Assembly: GCA_050294405.1 (NCBI GenBank)
Contig: JBNKOC010000004.1
Location: 128,001 to 192,000 of the forward strand
Length of the DNA stretch: 64,000 nucleotides
Source: Fibrobacteria bacterium
Lineage (GTDB): Bacteria; Fibrobacterota; Fibrobacteria; UBA11236; JADFYW01
Direction of reading: 5' to 3'
The notes beneath the pieces are model-generated. The model was not told the origin of the DNA and did no database searches. It saw only the letters and a list, made by a program, of their open reading frames with translations. Position numbers and translations under genes: made by a program. Below, one piece after another: positions 39,450 to 49,500 of this stretch; position 1 is the stretch's first letter; every line of letters starts with the position of its first letter.

Positions 39450-41584
39450 TTTTTAGAAAGCTCTCTTAAAGGTTTGTTTTGCTCGTTAGGCATAAGAAGA
39501 TTGTTTTCTAATATATGCATATTTAACCTAACTCTGGTGTTGGCCAATTTTTTTATTTCCTCTTCTTCAAAGTTAACCTTTCCATATAGATTTTTTTCTT
39601 CCCTTCTATCATCAATGGCGTGAAATAATTCTTTACCTTGCTGGCGGGGTTCCTTGCCCCAACCATCATGCCAACGCAAATCCTCAAACTCGTATAAAAA
39701 TTGTTCTCCCCAAAAAGACATGGATGTATTGTTTTCCAAAACTTTTTTCCCTAATAAGCTATGACCAACAAAATGGTTGGGGCTTTCTATTCCTGCTAAA
39801 TCGAGAAGTGTGGGGCCAATATCCACCTGACTTCCGATTTGGGGGTTAAAACCAATTTCGCCAAGTTCTGGGTGATTCCCAAAAACAACAAAGGGAATCC
39901 AACTGTGTTCGCTGTAAAGCCCATAGCCCATTTTTGCACTGTTGTGAGAACCTAAAGAAAAGCCGTGGTCGGCCATTCCAATAAACAAAGTCCGTGAAAA
40001 CCAGGGCTTATTTTTAACCGCTTCGTAGAGTTTTTGCAAACCCCTTTCCGAATAGGACATGGTGCCTCCCATCCTGGTAACCAAATCCGCCCCCTGCGGG
40101 TGCGGTTCCATCCCATCCACTTCGTTAAAGGGGTAATGGTTTGCTTTTGTTAGCGCTGCCACCATAAAGGGCTGGTTGTCGGGAATAGAATCCAGCATCC
40201 ACTCCGTCATGTATGCAAACATATCCCAGTCTTTTTCACGGAATCTGCTGTAGCTATAACCTTGATACCACTGGGCCAACCAGGGTGTTTTGTTATCCCA
40301 AGCTGGGTCGGAACTGGAAAAAAAATGGGTTTTATAACCAGCATCCCCAAGAATACTGGTAAAACTTTTGTTGTTGAGGCCCGGTAAGGAAGTAGCAACA
40401 TGTTTAAAGGGATGTTCCCAAACGGATAAATGGGTAGCCAGAAACGCTCCTATGGTTGGCATTCCCGATACATTAAACCTGGGCCACACATGCCCTTCCT
40501 CCGCCAAAAAATTTAAAAAAGGTGTGGCATCGGATGTGGCTCCATAGGGTTGTAAAAAACCACAGCTCCAGGATTGGTGGCTTTCAAAAAACACCATTAC
40601 AATGTTCCAGGGAATAGAATCCATGCCGGAGCAATTCTCATCAATGCCGTTTGATTGCTTTTCCGCTGCATTGGGATGTATAGTGGAGTCCCTGTCATTA
40701 CAATCCATTTTTAACACATAACCATCTTTATCAAAATCTGCACTGCAATTTATCGCACCGGAAGGAATATTGGCTTGGCACAATTGATGGGGAGTCATTT
40801 TATAATAAGGGTATTCCTCAAAAGGAAAAACCCATTTGCTGCTGTCTGCCAACTCCTGATAGTTTTTTTGAAAGCTCTCTCCAAATTGAGAAAAAGTAGC
40901 CGGGTCCAATTTATGAGAGCGGTTTTCCACAGCTTCATGCCATAATACATATATCATAGGCATGAGTTTTTTTTCCCTAAATCCTCCGGTCCAGATAATC
41001 TCTGTATAGGTCCAAGATATCCCGTAAAGCGCAATTAAAAATATAAACTGGAATTTAAAACTCACGGATATGGAACGCAAACGAACATACACGAATCTAA
41101 AAACCGGCCAAATAACAATAGCCAAAACAACTCCCAAATAGGGTATAGATTTATCCTGCGAAAGCAGCACGGGAACATCTCTAAAGGAAGCTCCATTTCC
41201 ATAGGTTTGGAAGAAATTGAAACTCAGGTGGCCACCGTAAAAGCGGTGGATTTCATGATCAAAAATGCTTAACAAGAGAAAAAAACTGTGGAAAACTAAA
41301 TAAAAAACAAACATCAGTTTGTATACATTTGATTTTATCTGCTTATTGAGAAGCCAGCTATATAATATAAGAGGCAGCGACCAGAGGGCAATCCACTGAA
41401 AGTCCAAGGCAAAAGCGTGAAATATGTACCAATCAAATTTAGCCACAAAAGGAAATCCAAAGGCATCACTACGTCCCAGGACAAAACACCTAAAGATAAA
41501 GTGAGAAATTAAAACGGCTAATATTAAAGCAAAAGTTTTCTGAAATGGATAAAATGCTCTGGATTTCAAAATATCAAAACTCAA
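39446..41584 (-). CDS. LTA-synthase / sulfatase-fold membrane phosphotransferase with inserted metal-binding motif
   Basis: Five N-terminal TMs; FFES, PT nucleophile, NHYPF, ADHG and SQVDIGPT motifs. Confidence 0.88.
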   Translation of the reverse strand: MSFDILKSRAFYPFQKTFALILAVLISHFIFRCFVLGRSDAFGFPFVAKFDWYIFHAFALDFQWIALWSLPLILYSWLLNKQIKSNVYKLMFVFYLVFHSFFLLLSIFDHEIHRFYGGHLSFNFFQTYGNGASFRDVPVLLSQDKSIPYLGVVLAIVIWPVFRFVYVRLRSISVSFKFQFIFLIALYGISWTYTEIIWTGGFREKKLMPMIYVLWHEAVENRSHKLDPATFSQFGESFQKNYQELADSSKWVFPFEEYPYYKMTPHQLCQANIPSGAINCSADFDKDGYVLKMDCNDRDSTIHPNAAEKQSNGIDENCSGMDSIPWNIVMVFFESHQSWSCGFLQPYGATSDATPFLNFLAEEGHVWPRFNVSGMPTIGAFLATHLSVWEHPFKHVATSLPGLNNKSFTSILGDAGYKTHFFSSSDPAWDNKTPWLAQWYQGYSYSRFREKDWDMFAYMTEWMLDSIPDNQPFMVAALTKANHYPFNEVDGMEPHPQGADLVTRMGGTMSYSERGLQKLYEAVKNKPWFSRTLFIGMADHGFSLGSHNSAKMGYGLYSEHSWIPFVVFGNHPELGEIGFNPQIGSQVDIGPTLLDLAGIESPNHFVGHSLLGKKVLENNTSMSFWGEQFLYEFEDLRWHDGWGKEPRQQGKELFHAIDDRREEKNLYGKVNFEEEEIKKLANTRVRLNMHILENNLLMPNEQNKPLRELSKN

Positions 41585-41594
41585 TCAAAAAATT

Positions 41595-42134
41595 TTAATA
41601 AGGAAAAAACTGGGTCTGAAAATAAATAGAAATAGCAAAACATAAAACTGCCAAAACAATTCCCCCCATAACATCTGTAAAATAATGGACTCCAAAATAA
41701 ACTCTGGAAAAAGCCCATATAACAGAAAAACTGGAAATTATTATAGCCAGTTTTGGTAAATATAAAAAACAGGCTAAACTTGTGGCCAAATTATTCATAA
41801 CATGCCCAGAGGGAAATGAATATTTATCCACGGGAGGCACCTCTGCCAAAATAGTCTGGTCCATTACAAAGGGCCTTGGACGTTTTAATCCATTTTTTAT
41901 AATCAAATACAAAGTTAGGCTAAAAAGGGAGGTCAGCAAAATTCGCAGCAAGTTGGATTTCCACTGCAGTGGGTAATAATAAATAAGGGCAATTAAGGGA
42001 AGAATCCAGATATAGCCATCCCCAACCCTCACGAAAAAAGTCCACAGTCTTAAAGTTCCAGGTGAAAAGCTCAGTTTGCGAATTAGCGAATAAAAGCGAT
42101 TGTCTAAATTTTGAATAAATTTCAGATTATTCAT
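41595..42134 (-). CDS. PAP2 family phosphatase
   Basis: K...KRPRP, SFPSGH and SRVYFGVHY..D motifs. Confidence 0.93.
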   Translation of the reverse strand: MNNLKFIQNLDNRFYSLIRKLSFSPGTLRLWTFFVRVGDGYIWILPLIALIYYYPLQWKSNLLRILLTSLFSLTLYLIIKNGLKRPRPFVMDQTILAEVPPVDKYSFPSGHVMNNLATSLACFLYLPKLAIIISSFSVIWAFSRVYFGVHYFTDVMGGIVLAVLCFAISIYFQTQFFPY

Positions 42135-42232
42135 TTGTGTTTCAAAGAAATGATAATTTTAATTCCTAAAGAGGTTTTTTCCAAAAAGGACGGCATTTAT
42201 CCAGGTTTTTGGGCGTTTAGGCCCTAATAATT

Positions 42233-42248
42233 TGGGCAAAGATTTGCT
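42233..42248 (+). promoter_or_regulatory. Possible sigma54 promoter upstream of the flippase
   Basis: TGGGCAAAGATTTGCT (GG-N10-GC). Confidence 0.35.
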
Positions 42249-42350
42249 GTTTGGGTATTTTTTTAATTTCCCGTGTGGTATTTATATTTATGGCTTATTT
42301 ATTTCGGGACAGTTATTCGCAAAGTTTAATATGAAGAGTCAGATTCATTA

Positions 42351-43835
42351 ATGAATGACCCAATTAAAAAAAGTATTCAAAGAGGCGCAATTATCCAGGC
42401 CCTCGGAAATATTTTCCGGCTTGGTGAATTTGGCTTAACCTTATTGGCGGCAAAGTTATTTGGGAGTTTGATTTGGGGCCAATATATATTTATTACCACC
42501 CTGATTTTACCGATAATTAGGCTTTCCACACTAGGATTGGATAAAGGCCTTATATGGTTAATTGCAAAGTTCAGAAAACAAAAATTTCCGAAAGCCCTCT
42601 TTATTCGAATTTGCGTCCATACCTTGACTTCCTCCATAATATTGACTGGGATGTTTTTGATCTACAATTTTATTTATGGAAGTAACAATGAGTCAAAACT
42701 AATCGACCCTATTTCTTTTATGTTAGTCTTATGTTGCATTCCCATTCTGGCTTTAACAAATTTGAATTTAGGCGTGTCCATTGGAAAAAAAAGAATTGAA
42801 GATGAAATTGTTATCAGAACAATAATATATCCAATATTTTATCTTGCCTTGCCATGTGCACTTTATTTCTTACCCCTGGGGATACGTACTCTTAGTTGGT
42901 GTTTTTTATCCGGAACCTTCGTGGGGTTTTTATATAGCATAAAAGTATATTATCAAAAAAACGTGATTCAATTCAGAAGTACGCACTCATTAAATAGGAT
43001 TAAATTTTTAACAGCAAAACTATATAGTTATTCTTGGCCCCTGGGAATAAAAGAGTTTATGCTTTCTGCTATGCAAAGAGTTGACATTTGGAGTCTCGCC
43101 TATTTCTTGGATGCCCGTTCTGTTGGAGTTTATGGACTTGCCCTTGCTATTGGAAACTCTCTTAAAACAATACGCATGGCATTAGACCCGGTAATGCTTC
43201 CAATTTTTGCTGAAATGAAAAGAAGAGTGGATGATGACAAAATCAAGCAATCTTTCATTTATGTGTCCCAGCTGGTAACGATGGTACAGTTCCCAGTTCT
43301 TGCGGCACTGCTCTTTTTTTCATCTAATATTTTGCAGCTTTCTGGATCCGAATATTTGGAGGGAGAACCTGCCCTTATTGTTTTTGGGATAACATTCCTT
43401 TTTAATGGATATTTTGGCCTCAGTGCAATGATTGTAATGGGTCTGGATAAATCGCGTTGGGCTTTAATCAATGACAGTTTAAGTGTAGTGCTATCCATTT
43501 TATTAAATTTGTTACTTGTACCAAAATTAGGGATTATTGGCGCCGCAATTTCAACCTCTCTCACATACATCATTATCAATTTAATCTGGTTTTGTGAGGC
43601 ATGTTATCTGACTAAAAAAATACTTTTGGAGACAAAAAGTTTAATATGGTTTATTTCACATAGCGTTCTATTAGCTTTAGTTTTTGGTGGATACAACCAC
43701 CTACAAATGGCGCCTGAGCTAACTAAAAAAACCTTGTTTTTTAGTCTTTACCTAATTGTTTTTTTGGGGTTAGAAATAAAACTTCATCCAAATCATATAA
43801 AATCCATACAATCGGTTTTTAAAAAGGAAAAATAA
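42351..43835 (+). CDS. Wzx-like polysaccharide flippase (MOP superfamily)
   Basis: About 12-14 TMs; VGVYG and LNLLLVPKLGIIGAA motifs. Confidence 0.88.
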   Translation: MNDPIKKSIQRGAIIQALGNIFRLGEFGLTLLAAKLFGSLIWGQYIFITTLILPIIRLSTLGLDKGLIWLIAKFRKQKFPKALFIRICVHTLTSSIILTGMFLIYNFIYGSNNESKLIDPISFMLVLCCIPILALTNLNLGVSIGKKRIEDEIVIRTIIYPIFYLALPCALYFLPLGIRTLSWCFLSGTFVGFLYSIKVYYQKNVIQFRSTHSLNRIKFLTAKLYSYSWPLGIKEFMLSAMQRVDIWSLAYFLDARSVGVYGLALAIGNSLKTIRMALDPVMLPIFAEMKRRVDDDKIKQSFIYVSQLVTMVQFPVLAALLFFSSNILQLSGSEYLEGEPALIVFGITFLFNGYFGLSAMIVMGLDKSRWALINDSLSVVLSILLNLLLVPKLGIIGAAISTSLTYIIINLIWFCEACYLTKKILLETKSLIWFISHSVLLALVFGGYNHLQMAPELTKKTLFFSLYLIVFLGLEIKLHPNHIKSIQSVFKKEK

Positions 43836-43850
43836 AGCTTTGGGACCAGA

Positions 43851-44498
43851 TTATATTTTTGGAGACAGTACAAAGAGCAAATCTCCAGTGTGTAATCCCA
43901 ATTTTAAATGGATTTTTCTTAAAACTTCGTAAGAAACAATGTTGTATTTCAGACCTAATTTTGCCAAATATGAAAGGTTCGGCTTATGATCCGCGATAAC
44001 CAAGTCAAATCCAGCGTCTTGGGATATTCTTTTTAAAGTATTAGCCGTAAACGGTCTTTGATGTGTGTAGTCATCCCAGAAGTTTGCCTTTTTTCGATTT
44101 CTGGCAATGAGATAATCAGGCGTTTCAATAACAAGCCTACCTCCAGGTAGTAGCGCAGCTTTTATTTTTTTTAACACGGACAATGGGTTTGAGAAATGCT
44201 CAATCACATGTCTCATGTATATTACATTGTATTTACAATCAGGATCAAACTGCTCTTCGACAACATTAAAAAACCTGCAATTTAATTTTCGGCCTTTAGC
44301 AATTGCTAATGCTTCCTCATCTATATCTACACCTTCAATCTTTTCAGAATCGAGAGCAACTAGGTTCCCAATGGAACAGCCTATCTCCAAATGAGGGCCT
44401 GGTAAACCACCTGCACAGTGGATTAGGTATACATTTTTATCAACCAATTGCTGCAATTCATTTTTAAAAACATACTGTGTATCGGTATAATAGCTCAT
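43851..44498 (-). CDS. Class I SAM-dependent methyltransferase
   Basis: LEIGCSIG, HVIEH, LLPGG...ETP and DDYTH motifs. Confidence 0.9.
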   Translation of the reverse strand: MSYYTDTQYVFKNELQQLVDKNVYLIHCAGGLPGPHLEIGCSIGNLVALDSEKIEGVDIDEEALAIAKGRKLNCRFFNVVEEQFDPDCKYNVIYMRHVIEHFSNPLSVLKKIKAALLPGGRLVIETPDYLIARNRKKANFWDDYTHQRPFTANTLKRISQDAGFDLVIADHKPNLSYLAKLGLKYNIVSYEVLRKIHLKLGLHTGDLLFVLSPKI

Positions 44499-44510
44499 TA
44501 AAATTTAAAC

Positions 44511-45656
44511 CTATCTTATTTCTGTAATGAATTGTCCCCAATACTCTTGGCTTACGCTTTTCCAGTTTGCCTTTTGAAGCACATGCCTTCTCGCATTAGC
44601 CCCCATCAATCTTAATTTTTCTGGATTTTTATAAAGGTCCAAAATTTTTTCACCTAAATCCTTATAATCCTCAGGTTGAATAAGCAAACCTGTTTTCCCG
44701 TCAATAACTGCATCAGGAATTCCCCCACTATATGAACCAATGGATGGTGTCTCACAAGCCCCTGCCTCCAAAAAAACAATTCCAAAGCCTTCCACTTCAG
44801 GAGGATTGTCGTATCTACGACTTGGGTGAACAAATAAATCTGCAGCCGAATAATAATCTGCCAATTTGCTTTGCTCCACAGCCCCAATAAAAAACACTTT
44901 TTCGTCTAAATCCAGCTGTTTTACTAATGTTTTCAATCTAATTTCATCTGGTCCATTTCCACCAATAACATAAATTATGTTTTCAGTTTTTAATTCTTCC
45001 ATTGCTCTAATTACTGTGTCCATTCCCTTGCGCTTTACTAGCCGACACAAAGAAAAACAAACAAAGATATTTTCATCCGCTAACCAGGGAAACAAATCTC
45101 TCTTTTTAAGGTTCCGTGGATAAAATTCTTCTGGATTTGTGCCTAAAGAAATAATCCTCCGGTTCGTATTGCTGACATCGTACTCTGACACTAAAGCATC
45201 TGTAAAGTGACTGATAGAAATTACTTTAGATGCATTTTTCAGTATAGCTTTTCTCATCATATTATACGGAATAAAACTCGATGGCAACACTTCCAGCCCT
45301 AGACCTATAATTATGTATGGAACACCTTTCACCCTATTCCAAAAAAAAGTTCCCAGGCCAGAAGTTACCTGCATATTGATTATTAATTGCGGCTTTTTCT
45401 TCCAAGCTATCAAAGGAACCAAAATAGCAGACCAGAAAAAAGTGGATATTCTACCCGCTCCTGGAAAATGATAATACGACTCAAGCTTTTTGAAATTGGG
45501 ATTAGTTTCTAACGTTGCTCTTGTCTGACCAAAATGGCAAAATGTAATGCTCAATTCTTTTTGGTTCAAACCATGTAACAACAATTGCTCTGCCATTGTT
45601 TCAATCCCTCCTTTGGAAGGAGGAAAATTCCTGGAAATAAATAAAACCTTGCTCAT
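44511..45656 (-). CDS. Glycosyltransferase family 4
   Basis: FPP..GGIE, RLVKRKG and EGFGIVFLEA motifs. Confidence 0.93.
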   Translation of the reverse strand: MSKVLFISRNFPPSKGGIETMAEQLLLHGLNQKELSITFCHFGQTRATLETNPNFKKLESYYHFPGAGRISTFFWSAILVPLIAWKKKPQLIINMQVTSGLGTFFWNRVKGVPYIIIGLGLEVLPSSFIPYNMMRKAILKNASKVISISHFTDALVSEYDVSNTNRRIISLGTNPEEFYPRNLKKRDLFPWLADENIFVCFSLCRLVKRKGMDTVIRAMEELKTENIIYVIGGNGPDEIRLKTLVKQLDLDEKVFFIGAVEQSKLADYYSAADLFVHPSRRYDNPPEVEGFGIVFLEAGACETPSIGSYSGGIPDAVIDGKTGLLIQPEDYKDLGEKILDLYKNPEKLRLMGANARRHVLQKANWKSVSQEYWGQFITEIR

Positions 45657-45661
45657 TCAAG

Positions 45662-46822
45662 TTAATCCTTAGAAACTCCATAACTTATTACAAATTCTTT
45701 TGCTGTAGTTTCCCAGGAAAAAGCATCCTTAACATATTTTTTTTGTTTTGAAATATCTTCAACATTTCTCGTTTCCAAAAAAGCTTTCTCCATTGCTTCA
45801 ACTAATTTTTGAGTATCACCCACCGGAACCAGATTTCCGAATTCTCTAACTATTTCAGGAATAGATCCTGCTTTTGAACTTACTAAGGTTCCTCCAGCAG
45901 CTAAACACTCTACCATAGTATTTCCAAAAGATTCTTCAATGGAAGGGAGCACACAAACCTCCCGTTTTGCAATTAATTCGACTATTTCATCAGATTCGGC
46001 CCAGGGAATAAAATTAATTTTATGCTCAAGTTTCAGTTTTTTAACCAAAGCTAACAATTCATTTTTCAAGGGGCCCTTTCCCACTACATCCAGTTCTGTA
46101 GATTGTAATATCGTATTTGGAAGCTTGGAAAACGCCATAATAACATCAATTATTCCTTTAGCCTTTGTCAACCTTCCAAAAAACAGGAACCCTTTTTTAT
46201 TCTTTTTTACAGATACATCGCAAAAATATTTTGAATCTATGCCGTTATATATCACATTAATTTTATGCTTGGGTATTGACCAAAATTCAGATAAATGATT
46301 CTTTGAATATTCACTTGTGCAGGTTAATACATCAGACTTAACAAAACTTAAATACAAGGCAGCAAATCTTGGCTCCTTTAAAAGCAATTGTATCCATTTT
46401 CGAGATCTATGCCAGGAAATACTTTTTAAAAAGGGATCAAAGCGAGGATACCTATTGGTTACAATAAATCTCTTTTTCCTGGGAATATACCCCAACAAAC
46501 TCCCCTCTTCACCATTTGAATGAATAATTGTTTCAGAGTTTGAAATCCTTAATACAGTAAAAAAGTAACTGATGCCATTTAAAAAACGAAATGGAGACGA
46601 AATTCCCGGAACCACTGCCCAAAAAAATGTCCAATGAACCTTATATTGATTGTTTTTGGGAGAAATTTTTTCAAATAGCGATTTGCTATAAACAACCTTC
46701 ACATCATAGCCTAAATTAGATAAAGCATTTGCCAACTCATGAGTTGATTTTTGGCCTCCACCTGAATATTTTGACCAGGGGGAATAATTACAGGTAAGAA
46801 TAATTTGAGTTGAAAAATTCAA
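45662..46822 (-). CDS. Glycosyltransferase family 4
   Basis: GGGQ, GRL...KG and ESFG..MVE motifs. Confidence 0.92.
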   Translation of the reverse strand: MNFSTQIILTCNYSPWSKYSGGGQKSTHELANALSNLGYDVKVVYSKSLFEKISPKNNQYKVHWTFFWAVVPGISSPFRFLNGISYFFTVLRISNSETIIHSNGEEGSLLGYIPRKKRFIVTNRYPRFDPFLKSISWHRSRKWIQLLLKEPRFAALYLSFVKSDVLTCTSEYSKNHLSEFWSIPKHKINVIYNGIDSKYFCDVSVKKNKKGFLFFGRLTKAKGIIDVIMAFSKLPNTILQSTELDVVGKGPLKNELLALVKKLKLEHKINFIPWAESDEIVELIAKREVCVLPSIEESFGNTMVECLAAGGTLVSSKAGSIPEIVREFGNLVPVGDTQKLVEAMEKAFLETRNVEDISKQKKYVKDAFSWETTAKEFVISYGVSKD

Positions 46823-46978
46823 TCTAAAACCAAAGCTAATTTATACAAAAGATTAATTTTTGGATTTTTCAGCAGATAACGCTCAAATTAAAGGAATGAT
46901 GAATAAAATCATTGAATTTAAAAATTTTGACCCATTATAATCTAATTTAGCAAATAAATTTAACCTATAGTTTTTATT

Positions 46979-48478
46979 ATGATTTGGCTGCGTCTATTAA
47001 AGTGTTTGTTTTTCTATGGAATTTGCATAGGAGCAGTTTTTGGACAGCCAGCTGTACAGCAAAATACGCAAGCTTTAAAAGATTCCGTAATCAATCCACA
47101 GGAAACCAAATCGGATTCTGGCATCCATCGGGATTCCCTATTAACAAAAAAAGTCCTTAGCCAAATTGATTCCAGCTTTATTATTGAATACATCGCTCAT
47201 CCTATTTTAGGGGTTATCACTTGGCCCATTGAAAAATTTTTTGTTCCTGCCATTAAAACAAGTCTTTATCCCTTAAAACCTCCACTTCGATATATGCTGC
47301 GGGAAAAAGTTTTAGACAAAACAAAAGAGCTCATAAGCTTTGGAGAAGACGACCAAATCCTCGTTTACCCTATTGTAATAATTACAACTGGAACGGGATC
47401 TCAAACCGGGTTGGTATACATACATAATTTTTCGATAAACCAAACCAAATACAGATTAAGTAGCAAATACAGATTTTTTGTAAATGGCAACCAAAAATTT
47501 CAAACCCGTTTGAATTTGAGTAATGTGATGGGCACTCCTTATGGAATAAATTTTATGCACCGGATTGTGCTAAATAAAAACCAGGGATTTACTCCCCCAA
47601 ATGCTCCTTTGGATTCTTCCAACGAGTATTCAGATACAACCTGGATGGTTTCAGCAGGTATCAAGGTTCCCCTTTTCGAAAAGTTTGTTTTTAGCCCTTA
47701 TGCATTATTTCAAAACCGAAAATTCAACCAACCGCCTTTGCAATCAAAAACGATTAAATGTGGAGGGTATTTTTTTGAATCTGAAAACTGCATTGAAGAA
47801 CGAGGATTAGATCAGACCATTTCAGGCGTTTCCTACTATTCTCTAATTTCCAGAAATACGGTTAATAATGAAAACATACCTACCAACGGATCTAATTTTG
47901 AATTTTATTCTGTATATCATAATGTTTCCCATAATCACGATTATTTTGACTGGAGCGTACGATATACAAGTTATCTGTTTTTAGGAGTAGAGCGATATGA
48001 AATAAGCCCGAGTGAACAAAAAGAAATGGGAGACATTAACTTTGATAAAATCAAAAAAGTTCTAAAATACAAAAACTTAAAATCCCAAATTTTTAACCGT
48101 AAAGTCATAGCAACCCAAATTTATTTTGGTCAAACCCATGACTTGCCCGGCAACACGACTCCCTTGTATGGATTAAAAACCATGGGAAACTTAACCCCCC
48201 TTCGTGGGCATAGCGGGAGCCCTTTTCGTGACTACGCTATGGCGGCCTTTAGTATGGAATACAGGTTTCCCATTATGAGGTTAATGGAAGGTACAATGTT
48301 TAATGAATACGGTATTGTTGGAAAATCGCTGGCCAACCTCGATCCGAAACAGTTGCAAAAATCCTGGGGACTTGGAGTTCGGCTCAGTCGAAAAGACATC
48401 TTTCTTTTCAGAGCGCAAATAGGCTTTCACGAATGGGGACTGCCGCTTTTAAACCTCACCATCGACACGGTTTATTAA
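46979..48478 (+). CDS. Omp85/BamA-TamA-like outer-membrane beta-barrel
   Basis: Signal peptide; LRG....FRD, EYRFPI and SWGLGVR motifs; terminal aromatic residue. Confidence 0.75.
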   Translation: MIWLRLLKCLFFYGICIGAVFGQPAVQQNTQALKDSVINPQETKSDSGIHRDSLLTKKVLSQIDSSFIIEYIAHPILGVITWPIEKFFVPAIKTSLYPLKPPLRYMLREKVLDKTKELISFGEDDQILVYPIVIITTGTGSQTGLVYIHNFSINQTKYRLSSKYRFFVNGNQKFQTRLNLSNVMGTPYGINFMHRIVLNKNQGFTPPNAPLDSSNEYSDTTWMVSAGIKVPLFEKFVFSPYALFQNRKFNQPPLQSKTIKCGGYFFESENCIEERGLDQTISGVSYYSLISRNTVNNENIPTNGSNFEFYSVYHNVSHNHDYFDWSVRYTSYLFLGVERYEISPSEQKEMGDINFDKIKKVLKYKNLKSQIFNRKVIATQIYFGQTHDLPGNTTPLYGLKTMGNLTPLRGHSGSPFRDYAMAAFSMEYRFPIMRLMEGTMFNEYGIVGKSLANLDPKQLQKSWGLGVRLSRKDIFLFRAQIGFHEWGLPLLNLTIDTVY

Positions 48479-48488
48479 AAAAAAGGTC

Positions 48489-49091
48489 CTATTCAAAAGC
48501 TTTCCGAATAGCCTCTTTCATTTCCTCGTAGTTTTGCAGATTTTTGTATTGGGGAAATTCGTCGGATACATTTTTAGGTGCGCAAAATAAGTTAGCCGCA
48601 TCTGCTTTATGTAGCATGGTTACATCGTTATAGGAATCTCCGGCTGCGTACACCTTAAAGTTCAGGCTCTTCAAGGCCTCTACAGCCTTTTGTTTTTGGT
48701 TATCCTGCCTTAAGAAAAATTCAAGTTCAGATTTTTGATAGTTGTATTGAATGGAATGGCAAAACAAACTGGGATAACCAAACAGCTTCATAAAATGGGG
48801 CACAAACTCATAAAAAGTGTCAGATAAAATAATGAATTGATAGCTGCTTTTTATCCATTCCACAAACTCCAAGGCGCCATCCAAAGGCTGTAACCCTTCA
48901 ATAACAGAAACAATTTTTTTTAGGTCAATATTATTGGCTTTACAGATCTCCACCCGCTTTTGCATGAGTTCCCGGTAATCCTTAACATCCCGCGTGGTGA
49001 TATTAAGCTCCTTAACATTGGTATTTTGAGCAACGAATGGCCAAATATCTGGGACTAAAACACCCTCAAAGTCTAAACAAACAACTTTCAT
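48489..49091 (-). CDS. thrH: Phosphoserine phosphatase / homoserine phosphotransferase ThrH
   Basis: CLDFEGVLVP.IW, TTRD, ILSDTF and AGDSYND motifs; ATG at 49091 after GGTGG. Confidence 0.93.
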   Translation of the reverse strand: MKVVCLDFEGVLVPDIWPFVAQNTNVKELNITTRDVKDYRELMQKRVEICKANNIDLKKIVSVIEGLQPLDGALEFVEWIKSSYQFIILSDTFYEFVPHFMKLFGYPSLFCHSIQYNYQKSELEFFLRQDNQKQKAVEALKSLNFKVYAAGDSYNDVTMLHKADAANLFCAPKNVSDEFPQYKNLQNYEEMKEAIRKAFE

Positions 49092-49098
49092 ATTCCAC

Positions 49099-49404
49099 CT
49101 ATAAATTAAATTCACCGGGCTGAGGAGGAAATTGAACCGGCCCAAAATTTCTCTCGTATTTAGCCAGATTATCCTGCAAAGTGGCAATTAAGGATTTAGT
49201 ATGTTGGGGGTTCATTATTATTCTCGTATGTATTTTTCCCTTGGGAGGGCCGGGAAGTATCCGGGCAAAATCAATTACAAATTCGCTTGGAGAATGGGAT
49301 ACCAACACAAGGTTGGAGTAGATGCCATCCGCCGCTTCGCCACTTAATTCAATGTTTATGGCTCTTTTGCCATTTTCGTCCATATCCTCATTGGGAGCAA
49401 CCAT
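49099..49404 (-). CDS. DUF3467 protein
   Basis: GIYSNL...HSPSEFVIDF, RIIMNPQH.K and YE..FG motifs; GGAGGT SD. Confidence 0.88.
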   Translation of the reverse strand: MVAPNEDMDENGKRAINIELSGEAADGIYSNLVLVSHSPSEFVIDFARILPGPPKGKIHTRIIMNPQHTKSLIATLQDNLAKYERNFGPVQFPPQPGEFNL

Positions 49405-49418
49405 AAACTATACCTCCG

Positions 49419-49470
49419 AAAAAATAAAAACCTGCCTACTGCTGCTAATTTAGCAGCAATAAACAGGTTT
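49419..49470 (-). terminator. Terminator-like hairpin after pspA
   Basis: AAACCTG..TGCTGCTA-N3-TAGCAGCA..CAGGTTT, then a T-run on the minus strand. Confidence 0.6.
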
Positions 49471-49500
49471 CTCAAAAAAAATTTGGGAAAAGCTTAAAAA

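Noticed and set aside
49092..49187. N-terminal extension of ThrH in the ORF track
   Set aside because: It overlaps the DUF3467 gene; homology begins at ATG 49091, which has an SD-like sequence.
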